This document shows positions 53,377 through 63,887 of a stretch of DNA of 64,000 bases, in pieces. Every line of letters starts with the position of its first letter. The first letter of the stretch is position 1. This DNA comes from a virus. Taxonomy: Duplodnaviria; Caudoviricetes. The position numbers and the translations under genes were made by a program. The stretch spans positions 128,001-192,000 of IMG/VR virus record IMGVR_UViG_3300021387_000661, one strand, 5' to 3'. The notes beneath the pieces were generated by a model that saw only the letters and a list, made by a program, of their open reading frames with translations, did no database searches and was not told where the DNA came from.

Positions 53377-53754
53377 ATGAGAATTTCAATTTGTGGGCCA
53401 CTTGCAGAAAGTGCAATTGTAAAGGCTGAAGGTGCATTGGGAGTATCTGTAAAACTCCCTTGGCAGGAAAGTATTATTGATTATGCAGCAGAGACTTACA
53501 AGTATTTTAATGAACAAAATGTCATTTTTAAGGGATCTGCATTTGATTTTTTGACATCTGAACTTGAGGAAGGTTATGATGATGTATATGAGCAGATTGC
53601 ACTTGACACATTGAATAATGTGGATTATATTGCTGTAATCACTATGGATATGAACAAACAACTGTTGAAGGTATATAAAGAATACCAGGAATTGTATCCA
53701 GATAAGTTTCATATTTATTCATCACCAACAGAATTTGAAGTAACATTGAGATAA
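53377..53754 (+). CDS. hypothetical protein
   Basis: Packed between ATPase genes. Confidence 0.6.
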   Translation: MRISICGPLAESAIVKAEGALGVSVKLPWQESIIDYAAETYKYFNEQNVIFKGSAFDFLTSELEEGYDDVYEQIALDTLNNVDYIAVITMDMNKQLLKVYKEYQELYPDKFHIYSSPTEFEVTLR

Positions 53755-53755
53755 T

Positions 53756-55399
53756 ATGAAGTTGAAGAAAATGTCATTTAGGAATTTCAAGTCATATAGT
53801 AATGTGTTGACTGAAATTTCCTTTGGGGACAATTCTTCTCTCAATCTTATTGTTGGAGAGAATGGTACAGGTAAGACATCAATTGCTGAATGTGCCACAT
53901 ATCTCCTATATGGAAAGTTGGAAAACTTTACAGCATCTGACATTCCTAACAGAATCAATAAGGCATTCTATGGAAAAATAGAATTGGATTGTGATGGACA
54001 CCAGATTATTATAGAGAGGGGTCTTAATCCTGGTCTGTTCAAAGTTGAGATAGATGGCGAGGTCATTGACACTGCTGGTAAACTCAATGTTCAGACAATG
54101 CTTGAAGAGAATTACTATAAGATACCTTATTCTGTTTTTCATAACATCCTGGTTTTGGAGGTAGATGAGGTGAAATCACTTCTTTCTATGAGTGTTTCAG
54201 ACAAGAGGAACATCATAGATAAGATTTGTGGATTTACCATTTACAACAAATACAAGGAGTTTGCAAAGTCAGATATGAAGTCATTGGATGAAAAACTCAA
54301 TGCTAATTCTGCTTCCATCAGAACTATTAATGCCAACATTGTTCAATATGAAAGGCAGATAGAGGAGATAAAGGAGAATTCTGTCACCCAGGTAGAATTA
54401 GATGATCTTCTTCAGAAAGTAAATGAAATGAAGGAGAAGAAGGCAAAGAATGATGATATGTTGAGAAAGTTGAGGGCTGCTGGTGACCAACTCAAGAATG
54501 TAAACTATAAGAAAGCAAGTGATTATAACCTTTTAAAGAATAAGGTACAGGAGATTGAGAAGAAGATTGCATTTATTGATGTTGGAAAATGTCCAACCTG
54601 TGGTAGTTCACTTGAAACAGAAGATTTCCAGAAGTTAAGGGAAGATTTGGTGAAGCAGAAAGAAAGTTATCTCATCCAGATGGAGCAAATCAAGGAGATA
54701 ATTGGAAAGGCCAGACCAAAATTGATAGCCCTTGAAAAGAAGGAAAGAGAAATCAATGCAGATAATTATAAAATACCTCTGGCAGATGTCCAATCCGATT
54801 ATAAGTATAAAATGACCCTCAAGGACAGAGGTACATCAACTGTTGAATCATTGAAAGAAAAATTAATGAAAGACCTTGAGGTATTGAATGATGAAAAAGC
54901 AATATTGGAGAAGGAGAAGACCTTGATGGATTTCCTTACCCTTATGTTCAGTGATGGTGGTATCAAGAGATATATATCCAATAAGTATATACCTATCATT
55001 AACAATCTTATGTCAGATATGTTGACTTATATGGGTCTTGATTACACCATTACATTCAATGACAATTTTGATGCAGAGATTGTTCAAAATGGTATGAAGG
55101 TAAAGTATGCAACTTTGAGCAAGGGTCAGAAAGCCAGGGTTGATTTTGCAACCATAATTTCTTTTGTGAAATTTTTGAAATTACAGTTTGGTGAGTTGAA
55201 TCTTCTGTTCCTGGATGAACTTTTCTCACATGTGGACATCAATGGTATGAATGATATGATTGACATCCTCAAGAATTTGAGTGCTGATATGAAGTTGAAT
55301 ATATACCTCATACATCATGCAAAATTGGAGAACATTTTGTTTGACCAGGTTATGCAGACAAAGATGACAGATGGGTTCAGTAGAATTGAGTATCTATAA
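53756..55399 (+). CDS. SbcC/Rad50-like recombination ATPase (T4 gp46-like)
   Basis: GENGTGKT, coiled coil with CPTC zinc hook, LSKGQ signature, LFLDE. Confidence 0.93.
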   Translation: MKLKKMSFRNFKSYSNVLTEISFGDNSSLNLIVGENGTGKTSIAECATYLLYGKLENFTASDIPNRINKAFYGKIELDCDGHQIIIERGLNPGLFKVEIDGEVIDTAGKLNVQTMLEENYYKIPYSVFHNILVLEVDEVKSLLSMSVSDKRNIIDKICGFTIYNKYKEFAKSDMKSLDEKLNANSASIRTINANIVQYERQIEEIKENSVTQVELDDLLQKVNEMKEKKAKNDDMLRKLRAAGDQLKNVNYKKASDYNLLKNKVQEIEKKIAFIDVGKCPTCGSSLETEDFQKLREDLVKQKESYLIQMEQIKEIIGKARPKLIALEKKEREINADNYKIPLADVQSDYKYKMTLKDRGTSTVESLKEKLMKDLEVLNDEKAILEKEKTLMDFLTLMFSDGGIKRYISNKYIPIINNLMSDMLTYMGLDYTITFNDNFDAEIVQNGMKVKYATLSKGQKARVDFATIISFVKFLKLQFGELNLLFLDELFSHVDINGMNDMIDILKNLSADMKLNIYLIHHAKLENILFDQVMQTKMTDGFSRIEYL

Positions 55400-55427
55400 A
55401 AAAGAGTGAGATTGATTCTCACTCTTT

Positions 55428-55832
55428 TTAGTTTGTAACTAAATATATATCACCATCATTACCTATTGAACCATCTGGTGTCGAACTACCAGAAATATAG
55501 ACATTTACAGATGGGATTGTAATGTTACTTGTCATCATTTTATTGGCACAAGATAATGTTTGTTCTGAAGTGGATAATGTAACAGATGTTATTGTACTGG
55601 TATCAACACTTATAGTTGCTGAATCTGCATAATATCCTTGTGATATAGTAACTGCTGTTGTGTCTGCTGTTAGTTTTGATGTACTGACATTTCTAGGTTC
55701 AATATTAGAAATAGCATTAGCACAATCATCAATCCTACCTGGTGAAGCAACAGTTATACCAAGTTCTGACAATTTGTTTTTTATACTTGAAGCAGCTGTT
55801 TGAATTCTTGATATTTCATTTATAATGGCCAT
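55428..55832 (-). CDS. small tail/fibre-associated structural protein
   Basis: Ser/Thr-rich; C-terminal TPDGSIGNDGDIYL motif typical of tail fibres. Confidence 0.5.
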   Translation of the reverse strand: MAIINEISRIQTAASSIKNKLSELGITVASPGRIDDCANAISNIEPRNVSTSKLTADTTAVTISQGYYADSATISVDTSTITSVTLSTSEQTLSCANKMMTSNITIPSVNVYISGSSTPDGSIGNDGDIYLVTN

Positions 55833-55842
55833 AATCTATATA

Positions 55843-56445
55843 TTATTTTTTAATTATTTTTCCTTTAATATTTGAGTATTTTCTGTATTCAAAATCAGCA
55901 AATACTAAAAATGGTTTGTTTGTTAATTCCAAATCTCCTTCAATTTCTGGTGATATTCCAGATATATCCTTAATATGTCTACATCCAACTATACAATAAT
56001 TTCCTCCTACTTTTTGGGGGGATCCATCAAGAGACTCTAATAATAGATTGACATTAGCAGAAAAATTACCACCAACTATTTCCGGTCCACCAATAAAGTT
56101 TCTTATTTTGTTTTCATAAATTACAAAATCACCAGTTACCTCATTTGGTGAATTTTCAAGTGTATCAAGATTAAGGTCACTCAACCATATTGTTCCATCA
56201 ATCTTTCCAAACTTGAAAGGTAATTTTTTATCAACCAAATCAAATGGTTTTACCATAATATTTCTATGAATATCAAGAGAAAAATCTGAATTGATTGTAT
56301 ATTCACCTTCTTTTAAATTATGTCTTTCAATGAACTCTTTAATTGGTTCTAATTGCCAACTATCCTCATCTTTATATTCCTTACCATTACCCCTTCTTCT
56401 GATGTCACCCCAGACAGATTCAGATATTTCGCTTAATCTTTTCAT
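55843..56445 (-). CDS. late protein: ESVWGDIRRRGNG leader plus LRR-like (LxSLxGSPxxVGGNF) repeats
   Basis: LDTLENSPNEVTGDF, FIGGPEIVGGNF, LESLDGSPQKVGGNY; late promoter at 56461-68. Confidence 0.7.
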   Translation of the reverse strand: MKRLSEISESVWGDIRRRGNGKEYKDEDSWQLEPIKEFIERHNLKEGEYTINSDFSLDIHRNIMVKPFDLVDKKLPFKFGKIDGTIWLSDLNLDTLENSPNEVTGDFVIYENKIRNFIGGPEIVGGNFSANVNLLLESLDGSPQKVGGNYCIVGCRHIKDISGISPEIEGDLELTNKPFLVFADFEYRKYSNIKGKIIKK

Positions 56446-56528
56446 ATACTCTTTACTATATATTTATGAGAATAAAAAATGGATTTCACAGTAAATGTGA
56501 AATCCATCGAAATATATAGATATGTGTA

Positions 56529-57428
56529 TTATGTTGTTAAAATGTACCAGGCACCAGACATATCTTTAAGTTCTTGGATTATGTTTTCTTTCTCTGTTGA
56601 ACCTTCATTGGCAATTGCCTCAACATTGACAGATATATTACCTGGCATCTGATATGAGAATGCACCAAGGATTCTACTCAACTGGACTTTACAGTCAGCA
56701 ATAACATATCTACGGAATAGGTCATCATTATACAAATCACAATCAGGAACTCTCACAAGTACATCAAGAATGACATCACTCTTTGGAAGTTCACCAAGGA
56801 ATCTCAAATTGTTTGTCAACCTGTTATATTTGAAGGAGATCATATTCTGGAAGATTTGTCTTGATATATCCAGGAATGCCTCTGTACAGATATAGTACAT
56901 GGTATTGTCAGCAGAGACTGCCATAGTCCTGTCATATACAGACTGATAGACCATCCTATGAAGACTTACATCACCGGAGTTCTTACCAAGGAGACCAGTG
57001 TTCCAACCACTTTCGCCGGACCACCCCCCCAGAGAATAAACACCAACTACAGAAATAACACCGTCTGGAAGAACATATGTCCCTCTTGTATGTCCAGTAT
57101 TGGGTTCTTTACCTTCTCCTTTCTTGAATTTTGCTGTTACCTTATTATCTCCTGGACCATCCATGGAATGAATACCCCTCTGGAATGAATGCTTTCTTAT
57201 TTCTGATTCAGGTATGGCTATAAACATTTCTTCAGACGCATCCTCATAACTTTTGTAGAACATTGTCTTGGCATTTTTAGTCAACTGGGCAATGGATTCA
57301 GCAGGGATGGTAAAGGGTATTGCACCATTCACAGACATTTCATTTTGAATACTCTCAACAAAGTCATTCAGGCACTCAACCTCATCTATATCAGAACAAT
57401 TAACTAATGTACTTACTTTTGATGCCAT
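56529..57428 (-). CDS. neck/head-completion protein (T4 gp13-like)
   Basis: YVLPDGVISV, FKYNRLTNNL, RRYVIA...MPGNISVN pattern; late promoter 57451-58 inside the upstream gene. Confidence 0.65.
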   Translation of the reverse strand: MASKVSTLVNCSDIDEVECLNDFVESIQNEMSVNGAIPFTIPAESIAQLTKNAKTMFYKSYEDASEEMFIAIPESEIRKHSFQRGIHSMDGPGDNKVTAKFKKGEGKEPNTGHTRGTYVLPDGVISVVGVYSLGGWSGESGWNTGLLGKNSGDVSLHRMVYQSVYDRTMAVSADNTMYYICTEAFLDISRQIFQNMISFKYNRLTNNLRFLGELPKSDVILDVLVRVPDCDLYNDDLFRRYVIADCKVQLSRILGAFSYQMPGNISVNVEAIANEGSTEKENIIQELKDMSGAWYILTT

Positions 57429-57430
57429 AG

Positions 57431-58396
57431 TTATAATTTACTTATATAAGTATTTATGATACTTTTACATTCATTAATGTCTGTTGTAAATACTTCCAAA
57501 TAATTTAATTTATTTTCTTTTGCAATAGTTCTTTTATTAACATCCCTGACTGTCCAATTATATATTGCTTCTGTGTAAAATTTTGTATTCTTATTTTCCC
57601 ACAGTTTAATTTTTTCTAAATCATCTGGATTGGATTTATTAAATGGATGCCTTCCATGTGTCCAGGATCCTTGTATTTCTATATATAATTTTAATTCTGG
57701 TATGTAAAAATCACAAGAAAATGGATATGAATTATCTTTATGTTGTCTTTCAACAGATGGGTATAATTCTTTCAACCAATTATAACAATCTGTTTCAATT
57801 TTTGATGTACCAAATGTATGATTTTTTCTTTTTGTTTCAAATTCATGTTGTTTCCTTTGTTCATTTATTTCAATAGAATATTCTTTCCACTTTTTTGTTT
57901 TTGCATAATTATTTACACCATATTTTTCTATACAAGTATCTGCTGCTTTATTTCTATTGTTATAATTTCCATTACCATATTTTAATTCTTTAGTTTGATA
58001 ACTATGTTCTTTATGTCTTTCAGATTGATTAACACATTTTGTACTACAATATTTTTTATATCCTTCCTTAAATGATTCCATAGTACATCTTTTCCCACAA
58101 ATTGGGCATATACCCAATCTTAATTCATAATCATTTTGAAGAAAATGCCATAATTTTTGACAAAATCTCCAAGTCTTTGATTCCTCTGGAAATGAAATAC
58201 CTTTATATTGTTGATATAATTCTGGAAAGAATTTCAAAAATCCACCATTTAGTTTGTTATTAGTATAAGATTCACAAACTAAATTACCACTTTTATCTTT
58301 ATTTAATTTAGTAAGAAAATAGAACACATCAGATTTATTTGTTCTATCAAAAGATTCAGGAAAACCATAGTCTTCCAAAGAATTAAACTTTTTCAT
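57431..58396 (-). CDS. free-standing endonuclease (Zn ribbon + Vsr/DUF559-like PD-(D/E)xK), homing-endonuclease-like
   Basis: CPICGK...YCSTKC, TCIEKYGVNNY, FSCDFYIPELKLYIEIQGSWTHG. Confidence 0.8.
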   Translation of the reverse strand: MKKFNSLEDYGFPESFDRTNKSDVFYFLTKLNKDKSGNLVCESYTNNKLNGGFLKFFPELYQQYKGISFPEESKTWRFCQKLWHFLQNDYELRLGICPICGKRCTMESFKEGYKKYCSTKCVNQSERHKEHSYQTKELKYGNGNYNNRNKAADTCIEKYGVNNYAKTKKWKEYSIEINEQRKQHEFETKRKNHTFGTSKIETDCYNWLKELYPSVERQHKDNSYPFSCDFYIPELKLYIEIQGSWTHGRHPFNKSNPDDLEKIKLWENKNTKFYTEAIYNWTVRDVNKRTIAKENKLNYLEVFTTDINECKSIINTYISKL

Positions 58397-58454
58397 AATT
58401 ATCGGTTAATTTTATATAGAAGGAGACTGCCAGATCTCCTATACTATATTTATG

Positions 58455-58552
58455 AAAAATGGGAAATGAAATCAATCATTTCCCAATAGAGTTTGACTTG
58501 AAACTGGCATTTACAAGTCATTGTGGAATAACCGATAAGACCACAGAACTCT
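58455..58552 (-). ncRNA. putative two-loop small RNA antisense to the endonuclease mRNA leader
   Basis: Late promoter 58558-65, three-way junction (closing stem plus two hairpins), intrinsic terminator 58455-87; loops complementary to 58399-408 and 58428-33. Confidence 0.65.
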
Positions 58553-58560
58553 TAATATAT

Positions 58561-61087
58561 TTATGATACTTTTTCCAATATAGGATTATCAACAACAGCA
58601 AGGAATGTGTCTATCAAATCCACAACAGACTTATTGGTAGGTTTTTTCTTTGGTTTGAGATATATCCTGGATCTAAGTCTTGATGTAGTAAGTATATAAT
58701 TATTACTCAACATCCTTTCCAAATTCACATATTTATCAAAAAGAGTTGGTGATGTTGCCATTGAAACAACACTGTTATCTTTTTTAGATATTTCTATTAT
58801 CAATGTCTTTATCCTACCACCAATGGATTCAATTGGTATGAATATCTCAATGATATCACTATCCGTTATTGATAGTCTTCCACCAATTTTTTCATTGATT
58901 TTCTTGCTCTTTGGTTGATAGTGTTCTGAAAGATATACAAAGAATTCTTCATAACCAAAATGGTCAATGTCATCCTCTTTCTTGATGTCAGAACCATTAC
59001 CTCTTTTTCTAATGTCACCCCATACAGATTCATCTATATTCTTTATTAGTATTGGTTTTTCTGCATTTGTAGATATGGTATCTATCACATCAAGAAGCAG
59101 TTTATTTGAAATAGTATTATCTTTTGATTTGATGTAACTTAAACCACTTGGATCTCTATATATTTTAAAATTATCTGTTAATTCTTTATAGAAACCTACA
59201 CATTCTTTCTCATTGGCAAACAAAATGATTTTATTTATATCGCCATCTGTATAATATGCAACAAGTCTATGAACATTATATCTATACATAAACATTGGTA
59301 ATGAAAAATATAGATAATTATTTTCTGTACTACTTTTTAATGGTAATACATGTACATTTGGATCTTGATGATATATTGTATATATATAATCAAACATATC
59401 ATCTCTATCAAGATGTTCAATATCATCCTCTTTTTTGACATCAGTTCCATTACCTCTTTTCCTAATGTCATTCCATACTGATTCATCTATATATGTCTTA
59501 AAATCTGGTATCATATCTTCTCAATTAATTTACATATTCTGCTATCCTTCACCCTTTCCAAAAGGAAATCAATCAGACTGATAAAAAATGTATTTGTCAC
59601 TTCACTTCCATCCTTTGGTTTAATCTTAATGTAATGTGATGATATTATATTACCTTGTTTGTTTATAACATCTTCAAGGGTAAAATGATATTTCAAAAAA
59701 TTATATAAATCTGGTGCCCAGTCTTTCAGAGCAGGACTTATAGATATATATGTTTCAGTATTTAAATGTTTAATACTTAAATATAATGTTTGTGGATTAT
59801 CCTTACCAGAATAATCCATTAAAACAGGAACACTTAATGTCACATCATTTACCCTGACCTGTTTTCTTTCAAAAAAAGCATTACCCTTTGCTGATTGTTT
59901 ATAATGAGTGTCTATATAATCATATAAACCATCAATATCCAACAAATCAATGTCATCCTCTTTCTTGATCTCAGAACCATTACCCCTTCTTCTAATGTCA
60001 TTCCAGATAGATTCTTTGACTATCCTTTCAATTGCTTTTGATGGACCAATTTGAGCATTATCTAAAATGAAATTAATTACTTCAATGAAGAATGAATTTG
60101 TTATTTTACTTCCATCCTTTGGAGATACAATATAATATATATGGTTTCTTCCTTTATCAGATTTCAGTGTAAATTTATCTTCTAATTTGAGTAATAAACC
60201 TTTCTGAAAACTATAAGGTAAAGTATAATTTATACACACCATTTGACCAAGATTAGCATATTCCCAATCCTTACCTGTTAATTTTTTTAAAGTGTTACTA
60301 TATTTTTTGGTATCAAAATACATTGTACAGTTATTATTCCCAGCAATAGGGACAGTAATTCTTCCATATTCTGGTGAGTTTTTTATTTCATATACATTCC
60401 AAGGTGATGGTAAAACTTTATAATAATTAATCAGATAGTCATACATTTCATCTCTATCAAAAGAATCAATGTCATCCTCTTTCTTGATGTCAGAACCATT
60501 ACCCCTTCTTCTAATGTCATTCCATATTGATTCACCTATGTATGTCTTAAAATCTGGTATCATTTCTTTTCAAGTATTTTTAATATTTTGTTGTTATTAT
60601 CTGTGGTGTTGTTCAAGATGAAATCAATAAATGCTTCACAAAATTTAGAAGTTATTCTACCATCCTTTGGTTTTATTTCAAAATCAATCCAATGATCCAT
60701 TCCATCAAATGTGGATATCTCTGGTGAATAAGTATCTTTAATTTTATCAAACAGTTGATTGATATCATCTTTAATGTGTGTCACAAACTTTCTTAATGAT
60801 TGTGTTGTATATCTATCTGGATCAATTGAAGCAAAAGTTATTTTATTTTTATATATTTCTACTGATGAATATGAATTTAACCCGATAACCTTGTAAATTG
60901 GTATATGGATATAATCATTTTTGAACTCAATATCATCCATACCCACAAAACCAACAAAATAATGTACACTTATAAAATTATAGATATCATCAAGTATATC
61001 TTCATTCTTGACATCAGTACCATTGCCTCTTTTCCTGATGTCATTCCATATTGATTCTCCTATATATGTCTTAAAATCTGGTATCAT
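58561..61087 (-). CDS. three tandem paralogous genes (60560-61087, 59511-60563, 58561-59514) holding five repeat units
   Basis: Each gene starts MIPDFKTYI(G/D)ES(I/V)WNDIR(K/R)RGNG; internal second copies in the two longer genes; shared PKDG...FIDFIL-like unit ends. Confidence 0.85.
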
Positions 61088-61779
61088 TATCCTATCTTTA
61101 TTTTCTTTGAGAAATCATTTGGAGTAATTTGCTGAATTGGCTTCGATGACTGACCATCCGATGTGAAATGTGTATGTTCATTGAAAACCTTCATCAACTT
61201 ACTTCCCATAATGAGCTTTTCCTCTGCATCTGATGTTAATTTTATATTATCACAATCTATTTTAACAGCTGCATCAGTATGAATGGTTATATCATTTGTG
61301 GAAGTGTCTATTGAAAAACCGGCATTATTTTTTGTCTTGATTTCCAATAGATTGTATTTAGGCATTGATATAAGATTACCATTACACTCTATTGTAAGAC
61401 CCTTCTCTGGAAGATAATAAATCTTCATATAATCCTTTGAACCATCTTCATTATAATCTTCTGAAAATGCAACAATCTTCACTTTGTCACTGTCTTCTGC
61501 ATTATCATGAAGAAGGTCTTTCACATTCCCCCTTATTTCTACCGGACCATAATATGTGATGTTGTATGTGTCCTTTACATCAACATATACCCTGTCTCCA
61601 ACCTTGGGTACTGAATAACTACCAGATGTTGGATTCGGGCCAGGAAGTGCCCAAGGAAGATCATCGTCAAGTATAACATATTGGCCTCTGATTTTCTCTG
61701 TGTGTAATCCAAAAACCCTTATCTGACATCTATTTTTGAACTTTGGATCATAATTATTTACAACAATTCCTGTTTTCAT
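61087..61779 (-). CDS. baseplate central spike (gp5 N-terminal OB-fold / gpV-like), no lysozyme domain
   Basis: GIVVNNYDP...RCQIRVFGLH..LPWA..SVPKVGDRVYV; C-terminal HTH (HxH) motif. Confidence 0.8.
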   Translation of the reverse strand: MKTGIVVNNYDPKFKNRCQIRVFGLHTEKIRGQYVILDDDLPWALPGPNPTSGSYSVPKVGDRVYVDVKDTYNITYYGPVEIRGNVKDLLHDNAEDSDKVKIVAFSEDYNEDGSKDYMKIYYLPEKGLTIECNGNLISMPKYNLLEIKTKNNAGFSIDTSTNDITIHTDAAVKIDCDNIKLTSDAEEKLIMGSKLMKVFNEHTHFTSDGQSSKPIQQITPNDFSKKIKIG

Positions 61780-61780
61780 A

Positions 61781-61823
61781 CATAAATATTTTGTAAAGTG
61801 TCACTAATACATAGATATTTATG
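61781..61823. promoter_or_regulatory. face-to-face late promoters for terminase (+) and spike operon (-)
   Basis: CATAAATA 61781-88 and TATTTATG 61816-23. Confidence 0.7.
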
Positions 61824-61852
61824 GACATTTTTTATACAACTATATATTTTTT

Positions 61853-63739
61853 ATGGCTCAAGCACAAACACAACAGAATACTGTCAAGAAAAATATAATA
61901 TGGAGTACACAACTAGTGGACAACTGGATGTGTGATCATGCTGACGGTACATTCCATAAGGAAAATCCCTGGCTTGATGGACAAGTTGGAGTAAAGCGAG
62001 CAGGACTCTCATTTGAATATACACATGAAGAAATAGAAGAACTAACAAAATCTGCTAATGATGTGATTTATTTTGCCAATCATTATGGGTATTGTATGCA
62101 TGGTTCACAGGGTTATAAACCTATCACATTGAGGGATTATCAGGAAGAGATGTTACATAGTTATGCAGAAAATAGATTTACTTGTTGTATGTCATCAAGA
62201 CAAGTTGGTAAAACAGTTGTGGCTGCTCTTTTCCTTCTCCATGAAGCAATTTTCAATGTTGACAGAAACATAGGTATCGCTGCGAATAAACTCGCAACGG
62301 CAGTGGAAATTATGGATAAGATTAAAGAGATTATGGATTATCTTCCATTCTTTATGAAACCAGGAATCAAGGTCTTCAACCAGACTATGATAGTATTTGA
62401 GAATGGTTGTAGAATCATTGCCCAGGCAACTACGAAAAGGTCTTTCATTGGTTTTACTATCCATACTCTTTATTGTGATGAGTTTGCACATGTTGAACCA
62501 CACATCCTTGATGAGTTCTATGAAAACATCATGCCTACTGTTTCTTCAATGGATGACTCAAAAATTATCATCACTTCAACACCTAATGGATATAACAAGT
62601 TCTTTGACATCTACCAGGGTGGTGTTGATGGTACTAATTCATATCATTCATTGAGGGTCGATTGGTGGCAGGTACCTGGAAGAGATGATGAATGGAAAGA
62701 AAAAACCATTGCAGATTGTGGTGGAGAAGATGAGTTTATGAGACAGTTTGGTAATTCATTCCTCTCAACAGGTAACACACTGCTATCCCCAGACAGTTTG
62801 GCAAAACTTCAGAAAAACAGAATAAGGTTTATTAGAAAAGACATACCAGAAGTAGAAAGAAACTGGGAAGATGAGTTCAGAGGCCTTCTTTTCCATCCTG
62901 ATTTTGATGTGGATGAGTTCAGGAACAAAGACAAGAAATGGGTGTTGAGTATAGACCTGTCTGAAGGTGGTGGAGGAGACAATTCTATTCTTAATTTCTT
63001 CAATTTGAGGATGAAGAATAAAGAACTATTGAAGAAAGACCTCAATGATTCTGATAAGGAAATAAAGAAATCGGATTACTTCCAACTTGTACAGGTTGGT
63101 AGGTTTAAGAGTAATATCATATCTCTTGAGAAACTTGCAAAACTTACCTATATATTGGTAATGAATGTGATAGGTCCTGACAATATCAGACTTGTTGTAG
63201 AATACAATGCCTTTGGTAGTGAGTTTTTGAGACTTCTTCAGACTGTCTTTGGCGATAAGAATGACTTTGATCCATCTTGTGTATTGAAGTTCTACCATTC
63301 AAGTGATGCAAAAACCAGGAAGTATGGACTTAAGGTAAGACCTGATAATAAACCTATTATGTGTATTACCTTAAAGGGTATGATTGCAAATGACAATATC
63401 ATAGTCACTGATGATGACACTGTGGGTGAATTTGAAGTGTTCAGTAAGGTTGGTGGCACCTGGAAGGCAAGTAGAGACCATGATGACCTTGCAATGTCAA
63501 CTGTTGATGTGACTGCAATATTTGATCACCCATATTTTGATGTTATGATGGAAGAGATTATGTGTCTTGAAGAAAATTCTGAAATATACAAACTCTATGA
63601 ATCAAGTATGGATGAGAAGTTTGGTAATCTCTATGACAATTATCAAAACCTTAATCAAATACAAAGAGAGGATCCAGATTTCAGATATAGGGGTAATGAT
63701 TTTGGCGGTTACTTTGGAAATAAAGGAATATATCAATAA
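61853..63739 (+). CDS. terL: terminase large subunit (T4 gp17-like)
   Basis: LRDYQ, SRQVGKT, LYCDEFAH, ITSTPNG, IDLSEG, HDDLAM. Confidence 0.96.
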   Translation: MAQAQTQQNTVKKNIIWSTQLVDNWMCDHADGTFHKENPWLDGQVGVKRAGLSFEYTHEEIEELTKSANDVIYFANHYGYCMHGSQGYKPITLRDYQEEMLHSYAENRFTCCMSSRQVGKTVVAALFLLHEAIFNVDRNIGIAANKLATAVEIMDKIKEIMDYLPFFMKPGIKVFNQTMIVFENGCRIIAQATTKRSFIGFTIHTLYCDEFAHVEPHILDEFYENIMPTVSSMDDSKIIITSTPNGYNKFFDIYQGGVDGTNSYHSLRVDWWQVPGRDDEWKEKTIADCGGEDEFMRQFGNSFLSTGNTLLSPDSLAKLQKNRIRFIRKDIPEVERNWEDEFRGLLFHPDFDVDEFRNKDKKWVLSIDLSEGGGGDNSILNFFNLRMKNKELLKKDLNDSDKEIKKSDYFQLVQVGRFKSNIISLEKLAKLTYILVMNVIGPDNIRLVVEYNAFGSEFLRLLQTVFGDKNDFDPSCVLKFYHSSDAKTRKYGLKVRPDNKPIMCITLKGMIANDNIIVTDDDTVGEFEVFSKVGGTWKASRDHDDLAMSTVDVTAIFDHPYFDVMMEEIMCLEENSEIYKLYESSMDEKFGNLYDNYQNLNQIQREDPDFRYRGNDFGGYFGNKGIYQ

Positions 63740-63887
63740 TATGTCAAGAGTTAAAGTAACAGAATATAAAGGTTTTTTAATTATATATGGTCCTTTATTT
63801 AAAAGAATTGAAACTATAGATGGACCATATAGTTTTCGTACAATAAAAGAAGCAAAGAAATATATAGATGAAAATTTATTGAATAAT

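Noticed and set aside
58421-58440. AGGAGA as a Shine-Dalgarno site for the endonuclease
   Set aside because: About 38 nt from the ATG and locked in a hairpin stem; other genes here lack SD sites
482-63298. Many short antisense or alternate-frame ORFs in the track (e.g. 12994-13476, 28170-28661, 46858-47400)
   Set aside because: They overlap well-supported genes, lack motifs and promoter context, and are typical shadow ORFs
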